DNA from: Mobula hypostoma
Taxonomy: Eukaryota
Direction: 5' to 3'
NCBI RefSeq assembly: GCF_963921235.1
Contig: NC_086120.1
Location: 22,010,001-22,074,000, forward strand
Length of the DNA stretch: 64,000 nt
Shown here in pieces: positions 23,895 to 37,970 of this stretch. A program made the position numbers and the translations under genes. Numbering within the stretch: position 1 is the stretch's first letter; every line of letters begins with the position of its first letter. Under the pieces are notes generated by a model that saw nothing but the letters and a program-made list of their open reading frames with translations, was not told where the DNA came from and did not search any database.

Positions 23895-26800
23895 AGCCTG
23901 GGTGACTTTTTATAATGGAGCTTGAATTTTTAAAAAAGGATTTTTTTATTCATACCCTCATCTTCCCCTCAATTATTCACATTCTTGCTTCTCACTTATT
24001 ACTATTCTGATACTGTCCATTGTTCTCTGCCTTGTTATTTTAAATTCTTGCTTTCATTTATTGTCCTGTAATGTTACCTCTGACACTTATTCCTTCCATT
24101 CTTCTACTCACTATAACTCTTTCCCATCTATTATTCCCAGGGCTCATTGCATTCTTGTTTAGCCTCGCTTCAAGTTAATTTCATTAATTTTCTCTAACTC
24201 ACTTCAAGGCTTATTTAGTGTTTTTCTTTAGTTATTTCAAAGCATATTTATTATCAAAATATATATGCCGTATACAAACTTGAGATTCGTCTTCTTATAG
24301 GCAGGCAGCCACAAAACAAAGAAACACAAAAGAACCAAAAAACATGATGACCAAACACCCATTATGTAGAGAAAAAAAAACTAATCATGCAAACAATAAA
24401 AGCAAGCAAGTAACATTCAGAACAAAAGTGTGTCCGCAGACACAAACCCTGGAGCAGGCCTGCTGCCTCAGCACAGAGCAGCGAGCAGAACCAGCCCCAC
24501 TTCCACCTCTTTTCATGCAGAGGCCCCGTTGTATCCTTCCCCAGTTAATTTCTCTTGCTCTAAAACCCCTACTCAGTAATCCCTGGCCCTCTCCCACCAT
24601 TTACTGTTACATACAATTTAAGTGATTATACTAATGCCCATCACTCCTTATAAAAATCATGTGACTTATCATACCACCACCTACATTTCTAGATGTAGGG
24701 CATTCTCCATAACCTTGCACTCATTCAGCAAGAGCATACATTTAGGAAATGGTCTGCAGCAGAAGTGGTAAGTTTTGGCTGTGGAGATTGCAAATTGTTG
24801 CTCTATCTTAATGCAAGATTAAACCTATTCTTAATCTTCTGCTTTGTCACTGTCCAGAAACACCTGCAATGACAGTCTAAGGAAAAGCTGAATTTATTGT
24901 CATGTGCATAAGTACACATATGCAATGAAAAACTTACTTGCAGCAGGCCACAAGAAAAACAAACAAATTATACACAATTTTTACAATGATGAAAACAATT
25001 ACATCAAAAATGTCCATTTTAGTACAAGGTGATCATGGTGTCCCTAAAACCAATAATTTGGGTCTGCCAGTTGATTTAAGAACAAAAAGGTTGAAAGGAA
25101 GTACGTGTTCTTGAAGCTGGTGGTGTGGGACTTTAGCCTTCTATACCTCCTGCTCAAAGGCACCTGCAGTGTCAATATTTCACAAATCTTTTCCACTTAA
25201 TACAATATCATAAATGTCATCTATTCCTGCGGTCTCTTTTAGGCTTAATTTGTTGGGGATTTATAATATTTAGGATGTGCTTGCCTTGCTAAGCCTATTG
25301 GTAGATAAATTTCTCAACCCTTCACAGTGTTAAAGCACAGAAACTTGTTTTGCTCTTCCTGCAAGATCTCTCCTTGCTTCTAATCAACCCATCAACACTT
25401 TTCTATAGGTTGCAGTATCACGCTAAAGCAAGAAGGCAGATGATATGCTAACACCCCGTTGGAGAGCCTAAACTCTCAGCTTTCTTATTCAGAATGCAAA
25501 CAATATCTGTGAAGACCTTCAACATCGGAGGTTAAAGCAGTGAGAAAAAATGAATCAACATCTTGTAGAGAAGTATAACAAAATTGTATTCATTGTATTA
25601 CATTCATTTGGAGATATAAAATACAGTCTAAGGTGCAATTCAGTCTAAATAGTGAGAAATAAACAAAAACCACCCAACCTTCAGAAAAGCAGTCAGAATT
25701 CATGCAATCAAGAAAAGCCCAAGTATTCCATGTCCAATATTATCCTTCAAAGTCTGACAACCTCACAGGTATTTATGTTCACTGTTCAGAGCAACAATTT
25801 CTGCCCAGTTTAAGTAGTTGGCAGTGGGTGGATGATGATGAGGTAATGCTGCATACAGACAGACCATATGAAATTAATGAAGGTAGATTAAGAGTGATTA
25901 CACAGATGCTCATCAGTTGAATGTATTGCATCAGGATTTTACTTAAAAGGAAAATCCAGCCCACTACTGCCCACACTCTCCAACATTCTCTATCACTACC
26001 ACCAAGCCCAGGCAATAGCACAAAAATCTGGTGCTGAATGTCTAATGAATCTATTGTAATGAATGTGAGGCATTACTATCGCCCAAGATGTCTGGAAACA
26101 AAGATTAACTGAATGCCACAAAAGTATTTGATGTGAGCAAGCATTAGGTCTCTTCCTAGAAAAAAACTGAAACTAAGAGAGGGTATTAGTGGGATTTGAT
26201 TCAAAATAGATTGAAGAATTCAATAGACAACGTAATCGAATCTTATGTCAGAAACTAGTATTCTAAAGTTACCATAAATAAAAATTGCACTAATTCCTTT
26301 GTTCATTTCAAACACAATAAGCAGCCATCCAATAATGGATAATTAGGAAGTAAAACATAAACAAATATAATCTCTATACAATAATAAATCCTCTGTAACA
26401 AATTTCAGGTTGAAAGTAAAGTGCTTTAAAGCTAAATTTCTAAACATTCTAATATTCTAGAGCAGCACAAATTTCACATAACCATAATGATGTACTTTGC
26501 AATAATAGCAAAAGACAATTTTTTTTTTGTATTTATATATTCAATATTGGCAAGACTGGCAAAGTTAGTATTTATTTCTCCCTAATTGGTCTTCCTGAAC
26601 TGCTGCAGTCCTTCAGCTGTCTTAGGTACAGAGTTCTAGGATTTGGAAAACCACTGAAGCAATGGTGATTTATTTTCAAAGTAGGATTGGGTAGATCTTG
26701 GGAAGAGGATCTGCAGATAGCAATGTTCTCCAGTGCCTGCTGTCTCAGTAGATGGGAGTCATACAGCATGGTAACAAATCATTTGGTCCAAATCATCTGT

Positions 26801-27618
26801 GCCAACCAAGATGTCTATCCACGCTAGTCCTACTCGTTTGCATTCGGTGCATACCAATCTAAACATTCTTGACTGTTTTGCATGTTTGGGAGTGTCATTG
26901 AATTAACCCAAGCAAAGCTGTTAATTGGGTGCTATTGATTTGATATGTCCCATCTTAGAAAGCTGTTGAGACCGGTCTCATCTAAGGCAATCGGAGTGTT
27001 TCATAACACTATCCACTTCCCCCTCCTCCGTGGTACAAGTCTTAGGAGATCAGGAGGCTCATCACAGGTTATTTAGTTACATTCTAGTCTCAATTACAAA
27101 ATGTACGTGGCAGGTCGAGCTGCATTTCTGGACAATGGTTATCTTCAGGGGGTTTAATGGTAAAAGACTCAGGAATGATAGCATTGAAGACCAAAGGTAA
27201 GTCACCTTTGTTGAATGTGGTTATTGATTGGTGTTTGCGGCAAGTAGTATTTGTGACACATTTCTTCAGCCCATACCCAAATGCAATTTGGACTCTTTGC
27301 ATGCAGGCATTACCGCTTCACATGTTAACAGAGCTGTGAATGGAACATTGTTTGCAAATAACTATACTTTTCCATTCTGACCTTATGATAGATTAAAAGC
27401 AGCAGATGATGGAGCCCAAGTCACTGCCCAGAGGAACCACTGCAGCACTGTTGTAGTATATATTGTAACATTAGAAGGTTCAAGAATTAAGATGTTTGTG
27501 AAAGGATGGGGGCACTAGATGAGTATTTGACAGTTAAATTATGAAAGGGATTATCCATTGTATGTAAACCACTGATCCTGGAGACAGTATAATTGCAGTA
27601 GGATTTCTTTTCCAGAGC

Positions 27619-28452
27619 CAAGTCAATTACCCTTTATCTAAAACGCTTGCTGTAATTTCCGACTGAATTTATGTGCTACCTGTAAGCAGTCTTTGTCTTA
27701 CACTTGTTCAGCACTTAGTAAAAATTATTACATACCATTAATGTACTGTATAATGTATTCAGGGTAGCAAAACAGCACAGCAGCATCGGGAGAATACCTC
27801 AATCAGCTGTTGGGGAACAATGAACAACAACATGCTTTCAGTCTCCATCTACGATGTCATGCTTTGATTAAAAGGTTACAGTACACTGCATTTTACTTTT
27901 TTAGGTTTAATGTAAAGTATAAAAACAATCAGCATTTTAGACTTGTTCTGTGAGATTTTCATCAGTGACAATCTTCACAAACTCAATTAATTTCTCTGCT
28001 ACTTCTCGATCAGCAGATGCTTTATCGTTAATTTTTGTTTAAATCTTTAAAAATTTAATGCTGTGTCTAGTCTTAAATTTCTGCAACCTGCTTGCTGAAT
28101 GTTCACAATCGCCTTCAATTTTCAGTTTGTCGTGATAAACCTTTGCTTGTTTCATGATCAGGATACCACTAAGCGGCATATCCTCACTCCAACACGGATG
28201 AATCCATTCTTCCAATACACGATTGAGATCTTCATTTTTAGCTTGATGCAGTGTTTCTGTTTTTCTACTTTTCATTAATACCCACTCATTATATATGTGA
28301 GGTCATTTTTCAGAACTGTCTGTGTTGTGCAGAGACTGCACATCACCTGGGGACCTTCACAGCACCTTGTGGAATTTTCCATTTGTGACGTCCTATCAGC
28401 GCTCAAAATTCCAAAGTCTGAAAGGTTTCGGATAAAGGGATAATAACCTCTA
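27619..28452 (-). mobile_element. Tigger/pogo-like DNA transposon remnant
   Basis: ORF 28039..28275 resembles a CENP-B HTH (LEEWI...PLSGILIMKQAK...LQKFKTRHSI). Degenerate TIRs ccctttatctaaa and ttcggataaaggg. Confidence 0.75.
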
Positions 28453-28532
28453 TAAACTACATTTCCTGAAAGGTTTGAGATTAAAAGGCAATATTGAAAG
28501 AAAATTACTGAAACTTCATGTGATACAAGTTA

Positions 28533-28538
28533 TTTAAT
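28533..28538 (-). terminator. Likely POLE4 polyadenylation signal (ATTAAA)
   Basis: About 155 nt downstream of the POLE4 stop on the - strand. Confidence 0.45.
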
Positions 28539-28692
28539 CTGAAAACACTCACACTTGAAATCATACATTTACTCATACAATAAGTATAACTTCCTTTTTA
28601 CAAATTGTACAAATATACATCTATAATGAGCAAATTTGATGGCAGCTCTCCTTTTATGGAGTTATTTTGGCCTCATGAAACTTGTCTCCATT

Positions 28693-28706
28693 TCACTCCA
28701 GGGTTC
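28693..28706 (-). CDS. pole4: POLE4 exon 4 (GTLE*)
   Basis: Acceptor tattatttttccag, then GA ACC CTG GAG TGA. Phase 1 fits exon 3, and it matches the GTLD end of human POLE4. Confidence 0.85.
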
Positions 28707-29909
28707 CTGGAAAAATAATAACAGCATGAAACTCCCCGAGACATACAAACATGCAGCAAACATTCTATTAATATATATCCAAGTAGCAAAGGCTATTGCC
28801 TTCCCTATCTTTACAATGGCACAGGAAGATATGAATATTTGATATATAGTGATGAATGCCAACATTGTCTTTGTAAAAAGAGCAATGATGAGTGGATTAA
28901 TCAGTTTTAAGTCATATGATCTAGCTTGACTGTAATAATCAATAATTCTCTCACTAATGCTTCACTATCAATTATATCTTCCATCCAAGGGAAAGAAGCA
29001 CATGAAAGTCACAAAACCGCCATTCACAGAGATTGTGTTAAATCACAAGAAAACACGATGAAATCTTGAACAAAAAAGCTAAAAATACTAGGGCAGCATC
29101 TCCCATTGGATGGAATGTTTCAGGTCAGCAACTTGAGATGCTCCGAAGTTCTTCATATGGAAAATCAGTGAACAGCAAACAGGAAATAGAAATATTTCTT
29201 GGAAGGACAGTACATTGATAGGTATCACAAGATTTTTTCAAAGATCAGGCAGTGTTTTACATTCACCTGCCAGGACCTTGGATTAGCACCTAGCTCATAC
29301 ATTTTGTAATAACTAATGTGTTACAGTGCTTCTTGTGTAATTGAAACGCAAAGCTGAACAAAGTTGCATTGTTCTGGAGACCTCCGTATAGGGATCACCT
29401 CTGTATACAATATAGACTGGCTGGGTTGAGCTGTTCTCCGATCTTGGCAATCCATTTGCAAACATTTTCTCACCAATATCAGAGAACAATTCAACCCAAC
29501 CATCAACTACATATTTTCTGAGCTATTTCCAACGGTACACACTATCCAATGTTATAAACAATGTTAAAATTAGGTATATAGTAAGAGGGTCAAACTTGTG
29601 GACCGATACAAAGATTAACAAAAATACCAAAAAAGTGATTCAGTTGTCAATAATTGTGGGAAGATACATTTAAGATGTGGGATGGCGAGGCAAGTATGAA
29701 TGGAGACAAAACCAATTTTAAAAAAAATCTTAAACAAGCTGTAACAAGGATGTCATAAACAAAATAACAGAATATTGTAACACGCACAAAATGCTGGAGG
29801 AACTCAGCAAGCCAGGCGGCATCTAGGGAAAAGAATACATTCGATGTTTCGGGCTGAGACCATATTACTTCTTTTTCATGGCTAAGGCAAGAAATATAGA
29901 TTAAAGTCA

Positions 29910-30515
29910 AGAAAGCTTATGAAGTGTTAGCCATCATAAGACAAGGGATGGAGTTTAAGAGTCACAGGGTAATGATGCAGCTCTGTAAAACTCTGGTTAG
30001 GCCACACTTGGAGTACTGTGTCCAGTTCTGGTCACATCACTATAGGAAGGATGTGGAAGCATTGGAAAGGGTACAGAGGAGATTTACCAGGATGCTGCCT
30101 GGTTTAGAGAGTATGCATTATGATCAGAGATTAAAGGAGCTAAGGCTTTACTCTTTGGAGAGGAGGATGACAGGAGACATGATAGAGGTATACAAGATAT
30201 TAAGGGGAATAGATAGAGTGGACAGCCAGCGCCTCTTCCCCAGGGCACCACTGCTCAATACAAGAGGACATGGCTTTAAGGTTAAGGGGTGGGAAGTTCA
30301 AGGAGGATATTAGAGGAAGGTTTTTTACTCAGAGAGTGGTTGGTGCGTGGAATGCACTGCCTGAGTCAGTGGTGGAGATACACTAGTGAAATTTAAGAGA
30401 CTACTAGACAGGTATATGGAGGAATTTAAGGTGGGGGGGGGTTATATGAGAGGCAGGGTTTAAGGGTCGGCACAACATTGTGGGCCAAAGGGCCTGTACT
30501 ATTCTATGTTTTATG
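29910..30515 (+). mobile_element. CR1 LINE 3' fragment
   Basis: LVRPHLEYCVQFWS...LERVQRRFTRML peptide and CR1 tail. Confidence 0.9.
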
Positions 30516-31037
30516 AATGCAAATTAGGATTGGTAGACTTTTGGACATACTATACAAAATATAACAAAGTAATTGAGAATGGCAGATTAACTGGAGGCTG
30601 CTTTGAAGAAATAAACACTTAATAAAATTACTTCATTGAGGGATTTAGATATATATTAGATACCACACCCACAGATTCAAAATTATACATTTATAAAGCT
30701 ATGACATTTACTACCATTCTATTTGAAATTGAAATCATGTCAACTTCTAAGATTAGAAAAGTGGTTAAAAGCAACAGGATGGGGATGTTATACTAGTGCC
30801 TTCTGCTCACTGTGAACAGTAAATCAAAAACATTTTACATCAGCAATGAAACTCAAGGCGATATTATCACTTGCATCAATGTCTCCTACTGTGCAAACTT
30901 GAAACAAGTGACAAAAGCCTCAGTTCATCTCTCAAATTTCTGACAGAGGGATCAAAGTCCAGGAATTATGAGGGAGCCAGAACTAGATAACAAAAACATG
31001 TATGACAAAAATAACTGGCTACAAGCCACAGACTTAC

Positions 31038-31079
31038 CTTCTAAAAATGCGAATTCATCTGCAGCATCTACTGCATTAT
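31038..31079 (-). CDS. pole4: POLE4 exon 3 (DNAVDAADEFAFLE)
   Basis: 42 bp; acceptor ccctttcag and donor G|gtaagt. DEFAFLE motif. Confidence 0.93.
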
Positions 31080-31232
31080 CTGAAAGGGAAATTAAAAAAA
31101 CATTTTAATAATGAGGACAATTTTAAATCAAAAGCAAAACTGATCAAGGCAATATCACAACTTCCAATGCTAATCTTTCATGCACACTGGTATTCAAAAG
31201 CATGATATGACAGCCGACTCTGTCAGGCTCAC

Positions 31233-31317
31233 CCAAGTCCTTGCGCTGGATTGTTTTACGCTTTGCTTGCAGAGCATATGTGCATGCATCCTTTGCAATC
31301 ACTTCAACAAACAGCTC
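31233..31317 (-). CDS. pole4: POLE4 exon 2 (ELFVEVIAKDACTYALQAKRKTIQRKDL)
   Basis: 85 bp, canonical splice sites, histone-fold helices 2-3. Confidence 0.95.
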
Positions 31318-31829
31318 CTGGTGGAAGAAACCAAACAGATTGTTTCACCAATGGGATACAAGTTGTTCAGGAGTTCCTGTACAGACTTCCAATAGGCCTC
31401 TGCCTCTTCCCTCAGCAAACCTATATCTTTTCCCTTTAGATAGCCCATCATGTCCCAGGGAAGACCTTTGAAGTATAAGCACACTAAGAAAAGTTTCATC
31501 TCAGCTGTTTCGTTAAGTCCTAAGCTTCACTAATCCAGTCTCCCTTGTATTTGATCAATGTCATTGTTTAATACTAGATATTACTTAATTATATGAACAC
31601 TAGAAGATTGTTCAGGTCATTTTACACAACAGATCTAACCCAGCAAGGCAGATGAAAGGAAGCTCAAAAATAAATAAATTTGCTATTTGCCAGGTACTAA
31701 CTAGAAGGTTTCAATATTTAGTAGTTGATCCTAACATGCAGAGGCTGAATTAAAATCTGCCCCAAGGTAATATTCCAAAGGAAGATCAAGACCTGTTGGA
31801 TGAGCTGTAATATGGACAGATAAATCTGA

Positions 31830-32420
31830 AGCAAACAACAGGAATTCTGCAGATGCTGGAAATTCAAGCAACACACATAAAAGTTGCTGGTGAACGCAGC
31901 AGGCCAGGCAGCATCTCTAGGAAGAGGTGCAGTCGACGTTTCAGGCCAAGACCCTTCGTCAGGACTAACTGAAGGAAGAGTGAGTAAGGGATTTGAAAGC
32001 TGGAGGGGGAGGGGGAGATGCAAAATGATAGGAGAAGACAGGAGGGGGAGGGATGGAGCCAAGAGCTGGACATGTGATAGGCAAAAGGGGATACGAGAGG
32101 ATCATGGGACAGGAGGTCCGGGAAGAAAGACAAGGGGGAGAGGTGACCCAGAGGATGGGCAAGAGGTATATTCAGAGGGACAGAGGGAGAAAAAGGAGAG
32201 TGAGAGAAAGAATGTGTGTATAAAAATAAGTAACAGATGGGGTACGAGGGGGAGGTGGGGCATTAGCGGGTTAGCGAAGTCGATGCCATCAGGTTGGAGG
32301 CTACCCAGACGGAATATAAGGTGTTGTTCCTCCAACCTGAGTGTGGCTTCATCTTTACAGTAGAGGAGGCCGTGGATAGACATGTCAGAACGGGAATGGG
32401 ATGTGGAATTAAAATGTGTG
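31830..32420 (-). mobile_element. Young Penelope-like element 3' portion in POLE4 intron 1
   Basis: GIY-YIG C-terminal peptide HFNSTSHSRSDMSIHGLLYCKDEATLRLEEQHLIFRLGSLQPDG followed by a pLTR. Confidence 0.85.
31930..31967 (-). ncRNA. Minimal type I hammerhead ribozyme motif (Penelope pLTR)
   Basis: UAGUC-CUGACGA-AGGGUCUUGGCCU-GAAA-CGUC-GACUG: intact core, stem I, stem II, palindromic ACGU stem III and GUC cleavage triplet. Confidence 0.75.
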
Positions 32421-33323
32421 AGTATATCTGACAACCGTTTGAGAATATAAACTTTTGGATCCAGAATGTTGCTTTGTTAAACGTAACATTCGAGGACTAC
32501 AGCACACAAAGGCATCAGAAGAAAATGGCAAATGAAATAAATGTCCTTGTATGGCAAGCTAAAATTCTGAAAAATTTGCCAACCATGGTGGGACAAAAGG
32601 TTAGATGGTTTGACAAAAGTACTTCATGAATAATTATTGGAAATGAATAGTCTGCAGGATCGTGATCAGAAATGAATATGTATGACAAAGAGCCAAAAGT
32701 CATCACTTCTTCTACAAACGCTGGCTAAATTACATAACCCACCCTCCAGCACACGCACACTCACCGTGTTGGCCAACCATTAACAGTGCTGCACACATCC
32801 ACTATGGCTGAAGAAACTGACATCAGGGTGAACTCTACTTTCCGATACAATTAACAAAAAGAATACAAACGGTAATCCCACAGCTGAAGTACATCTACCC
32901 CAGTAGAAAAAGAAGTGGCAACAGCAGCTACTCCTCTAAATAACATTAACATCCAAAAGCAGGAGGATGAGTAATTGTTTAAATAACATCACCACTCACT
33001 TAACTTAAAACTACAGTATACTGTATTTCAACTTCATGCATAAGAAGCGTCCTAAAGCCACCAGCCGCATGCCCCTGACTTTGTACCCGTTTTCTAACCT
33101 CCGTTGCTCTGATGTCAAGTTGATTATATTTCCGTGAAGCTCCGAAGGAAATTTTACTGTGCTATAGACCAGAGAGCTTGAGGAGACTGGTCCAGAGCGC
33201 CAGTGGGACGGACCTGGGCTGCCAAAGCAGGAGCAGTATCAAGGGTGTCCAGGGGACACCAAGGCAGGTGTTTCCCGGCTGGAGACAATGCCCGAAACCC
33301 AGCAGGGTTCCCCACCTACTCAC

Positions 33324-33539
33324 CGTGGCCTTGCCGATGGCGAATACGGCCTCCTGACTCGCCAGCGTCACCTCGGGATCCGCTTTTATCAGCCCCTTGA
33401 TTCGGCTGAGCGGCAGGCGGAGCAGTTTCTGTTGTGCGCCCGAGTTCGGCCGCTCCGCTTCAGCCTCGGCGTCGAGCTGCACGCTTTGCCGGTTCTCCTG
33501 ATCACGCTCGTCCGCCGCCGCACTCTCCAAATCCTCCAT
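33324..33539 (-). CDS. pole4: POLE4 exon 1; CDS complement(join(28693..28706,31038..31079,31233..31317,33324..33539)), 118 aa DNA polymerase epsilon subunit 4
   Basis: RLPLSRIKGLIKADPEVTLASQEAVFAIGKAT histone fold. gcgATGG start, donor ACG|gtgagt, within a CpG island. Confidence 0.93.
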
Positions 33540-33578
33540 CGCTGGCCCTTCCCGCCTTTGGGAAAGAACCAAGAGAAG

Positions 33579-33681
33579 CCAATCAGAGAGCACCATTCTG
33601 TTGGTCGTCCTGCTTTCCACCAATCAGAACCAGTACCTCTTTGCCAATCACATATATAAAAAACAAAAGCCTTTATCCAAT
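33579..33681. promoter_or_regulatory. POLE4 promoter with four CCAATCA (NF-Y) boxes
   Basis: CCAAT at 33579, 33620, 33644 and 33677, directly upstream of the POLE4 ATG. Confidence 0.75.
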
Positions 33682-34104
33682 CAGATTAGTTTTCCTTAGA
33701 CATTTCTTGAAGCGGAATAGAACTAACATTGCAATGTGTGTTTACCCTATTGAGCCATCAAAGTATTTTGTTTTAAAGAGATCACTTTTTATTCTTCTAA
33801 ATTCCTGAGAATAGAGGCTCAGTTGCCTAATCCCTCATCAAATAATAAACCCGTCAGGCGAATTTTCACTCAATTTCCCTCCATAGCAAATAGATCCCCT
33901 TTTAAGGTAAGGTGCTCAAAATTTCATAAAATAGATGTTAACTCACCAGAGCCTATATAATTGAACTTTTGCACTTAAAATCCCCTTGCACTAAAGACCA
34001 GAATTTTATTCGCCTTTCATCGTTAGCTTTGAGTAGCAGGCAGTGAATTTTCCTTCTTAACATTCCACTCCATTTTTTGAAGACGTTTGGCATGAGTCCC
34101 CAAA

Positions 34105-34600
34105 TCCTAAGGACTTTCTACGGGGGCACAATTGAGAGCATCCTGACTGGCTGCATCACTGTCTGGTATGGGAACTGGACTTCCCTCAATTTCAGGACTC
34201 TGCAGAGAGTGGTTCGAACAGCCCAGTGCATCTGAAGATGTGAACTTCCCACTATTCAGGACATTTACAGAGACTGGTGCATAAAAAGGGCCAGAAGGAT
34301 CACTGGGGACCCAAGTCACCCCAATCACAAACTGTTCCAGCTGCTACCATCTGGGAAACGGTACGGCAGCATAAAAGCCAGGACCAACAGGCTCCGGGAC
34401 AGCTTCTTTCACCAGGCCATCAGACTGATTAATTCACGCTGATACAATTGTATTTCTATGCTATATTGACGATCCTATTGTACATACTATTTATTACAAA
34501 TTACTATAAATTGCACATTGCACATTTAGACAGATATAACATAAATATCTTTACTCCTCGTGTATGTGAAGGATGTAAGAAATAAGATCAGTTCAATTCA
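34105..34600 (+). mobile_element. Rex1/Babar-type LINE 3' fragment
   Basis: FYGGTIESILTGCITVWYG-like peptide and ttcaa-type tail. Confidence 0.8.
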
Positions 34601-36214
34601 ATACACACCAAATGATTCTACTTCATAATTCCTTTAGCATGTTTTTTATTACACTCATGGGAATCCCCTTGGTTATTTTTAAAGGTTCCTCATGCAGTAG
34701 AATGTAGATCGTTGCTGTTTTTGAGAAATGAAGCTCTGGTACACAAACTATAAGCTGAGGGGTGCTGGGCATTTCCAGTAACAAACAATTTAAAGTCCTT
34801 GGCTACGTTTTGGTAAAGGAATCAATTCTGACAAATAAATCATTAATAAATGGCAGCATTGTCACCTTAGGTCAGGCAATAATTCTTAATCCGGTTAACA
34901 GTAAACAGGTCAGATATAAAAAGGAAAAGTAACTCCATTAATCCTCTTTCTGATGATTATCGGTGTGTGAATAAGATTAACCCTCTTCAATTTCACTGCT
35001 ACCAGTCCTTCACAGGATCTGCCAGTGATTGAAGCCATTTGTGGACCTTGCTATGAGTAGTCAACACAAGAACAAAGGGAGTCAGAGGATACTGAAACTA
35101 TAGACGTGGACACTTTGTAAAAAAGAACCAAACAAACCGATTAACATAAGCTACAGCGGATGGAGTCGATGAATTTCATGGTCAGTTAAGTAGGTAACTA
35201 AACCTGTAAATTTGCAACACTGCAATTTATCACTACAGTAGTTAGTTATTAATTTAGATTTAGATTTGAAATTGCAAATATTTACATTAATACAGGTTAT
35301 GGTGAGTATCAGATTGACAGTTAATGACACAAAGATCTTCTTTGTCAGTGCTAATTACCATTACCTTAATGCAGCTCCCACTGATTGTTTACTTTTAATT
35401 CTGTTCTCTGCTACTGTATTGGTCCAAGTTCAGCTACAGTCTGGCTCTGGTTATTTTGAGGTTCAATCAACGAAAGAACACTTGCAACCTCTCCTGAGCA
35501 CTCTCAGATATGGGAAACACAGTAGTCCCAAAAATAATGGAAGGACACAGAACAGAAGGAGATTTCCTCAGATGACCTTCTATTAGCAGGTATTCCGCTC
35601 TGCTGCCCTGCACCATTAGGCCTGATTGTTATTGATGCTGGCCATATGACGTAAGTCAGTGGCTTTCTAATTTATTTCATCTTTAAATGTTCATTTTTAC
35701 ATGAGATGTGTAAGGTTACTAGTTTTTATAAGAGAATTTGCAACTCTGTAAGCCATAATATTGTACTTTTCCACTCCTTTCAAAGCCAGCTTGCTGTAAA
35801 ATGCTTTTGTTACCTCCAGTTAGCTACTTCAGTGCTCTCCTTGCTGGTTTCTCAACCTCCATCCCCTTGAACTTTAGCTCATCCAAAACTCTTCTGCACA
35901 GATCCTTTAACTCCTCTGTCTTGCTCCTTCTACCTGATATGTATCTAATATTCAGATATTTCAAAGTTAGAGTGATAGCTCAGTATAATTTAGTTGTAGG
36001 CAATTGGAATTAAACCTGACTCTGGATTAATAACTATTTACACATTTGCTGAATAGATACTTACAAGCATGCCATGCCTAAGGACCTATCAGACATGCAT
36101 CAAATCAGAATTTCTTCTGCAATGCTGCTTTTGGGGACTGACTGAGATACAGCATGGAAAAGGCTCTTCCAGCCCTTTGAGCTGCACTGCCCAGCAATCC
36201 CTGATTCAATCACC

Positions 36215-36376
36215 AGACAATTTACAATGACCAATTAACCTACCAACTGGTGTGTCTTTGGACTGAGGGAGGAAATCCACGCGGTCACAGGGAGAACATA
36301 CAAACTCCTTACAGGCAGCCTAGGTCGCCTGTACTGTAAAGCATTGTGCTAACCACTATGTTACCATGCTGCCCCG
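36215..36376 (-). mobile_element. tRNA-derived SINE fragment (HE1/V-SINE-like)
   Basis: ggggcagcatggtaacatagtggttagcac head and gtttgtatgttctccc core on the - strand. Confidence 0.6.
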
Positions 36377-36496
36377 TGGTGGAGGGAATTCTTTTTTCAG
36401 ATGCAGGCAAGGGCAAAATTTATTCCCCATTGTTTGGTACTCCCAGACAATCTTGTATGAATAATGCAGTACTGGGACTAGGACAAGAGAATCTGA

Positions 36497-37970
36497 ATCT
36501 GTGTCATTTATGATCACTGATTCATATAACATGAAATTTGTTGTTTTCCAACAGCAGTACAGCCCAGAGATATAAAAATTATTATAAGTTACAAAAATAA
36601 ATAAATAACACTAAAAAAGGAAAATGAAATAGTGTTCATGGATTCTTGGATCTTTCAGGAATCTGATGGTGGCAGGGGGTGGGGGGGGGGGGGTGCAGAA
36701 GAAGCTGTTCCCAGATTGTTGAGAGCTACACTTCCTTCTGATGGTAATAACAGGACCTGTCCGGATGGTGATAACAGGGCATGTCTGGATGGTGAGGATT
36801 TTTGGTGATGGATGCTGCCTTCTTGAAGGACTGCCTCTGGAAGATGTCCCCAATGGTGGGGAAAGTTGTGCCAATGATTGAGCTGGATAAGTCTACAACC
36901 CTCTGCAGCCTCCTGCAATCCTGCACATCCATACCAGGATGTGATGCAACCAGTCAGAATGCTCCCCATGGTACATCTATTGAAATTTGCCGACATACCA
37001 AATCTCCACAAACTCCTAAAAAGTAGCACTGCTTAGGTGCCTTATAAGTTACTCCCAACTCTCCTCATGATCCACCATTTGACTCATCACAAAAGTTCCC
37101 ATCAACCAATCATCCTCAACATTACAATTTCTTCTTGTCCCCAACCCTACCCCAGTTCCACTATTTTCCTCATAACCTAACATTCCCCCCCGGCCCCAAT
37201 CCAATGATGTCCTGCGTCTCCTGATCAAGGTTCTGATAATGACTGCTACCCCAACCCCACTCTTACCTGATTGCTAACCTGTTCCCAGGCCCCTGTAGGG
37301 TTTATGATTGCCAGCTGACCTACCAGATCCAGCTTAGCTGCCAAGCAGAATAAATTTCAATGCTGGTTAATGATGCCCAAGGCTTTGGGCCTGGGCACAG
37401 CTGAACTTTGCAGTGGCAATTGTGGTAAAGCCTTCCCAACTACTGAGCACATCTACATGAAACACTGTTACAAGAAAGCAGCATCCATCATCTGGGACCA
37501 TCACTGCCCAGGACATGCTCTCTTCTTGCTGCTGCCATCAGGTAGAAGGTACAGGAGCCTCAATACTCATACCACCAGGTTCAGGAACAGTTATGATCCC
37601 TCAACCATCAGGCTCTTGAACCAAAGGGGATAGCTTCACTCAACATCATTTGTCCCATCATTGAAATGTTCTCACAACTAATGGATTCACTTTCAAGGAC
37701 TCATCATCTCATGTTCAAGTTATTTATTGCTCATTTATTTATTATTATTACTTCTTTTTCTATTTGCATAATTTGTTGTCTTCTGCACTCTGGTTGAACT
37801 CCCTAGTTCAACCAGAGTGCAGAAGACAACAAATTATGCAAATAGGCAGTTTTTCATTGATTCTGTTATGGTTATTAATCTATAGATTTAATGAGAATGC
37901 CTACAAGAAAATGTATCTCAGGGTTTTATATGGTGACAAATATGTACTTTGATAATAAATTTACTTTGAA
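36497..37970. mobile_element. Two Rex1-type LINE 3' fragments (36497..37035 -, 37425..37970 +)
   Basis: SILTGCITSWYG and KKAASII...HALFLLLPSGRRYRS peptides. Confidence 0.75.

Noticed and set aside
25409-25530. Exon-like segment between ADMP and POLE4
   Set aside because: Stops in all three + frames and no good donor.
33540-33623. N-terminal extension of POLE4 in the ORF track
   Set aside because: Runs through the CCAAT promoter boxes and has no similarity; ATG 33539 fits better.
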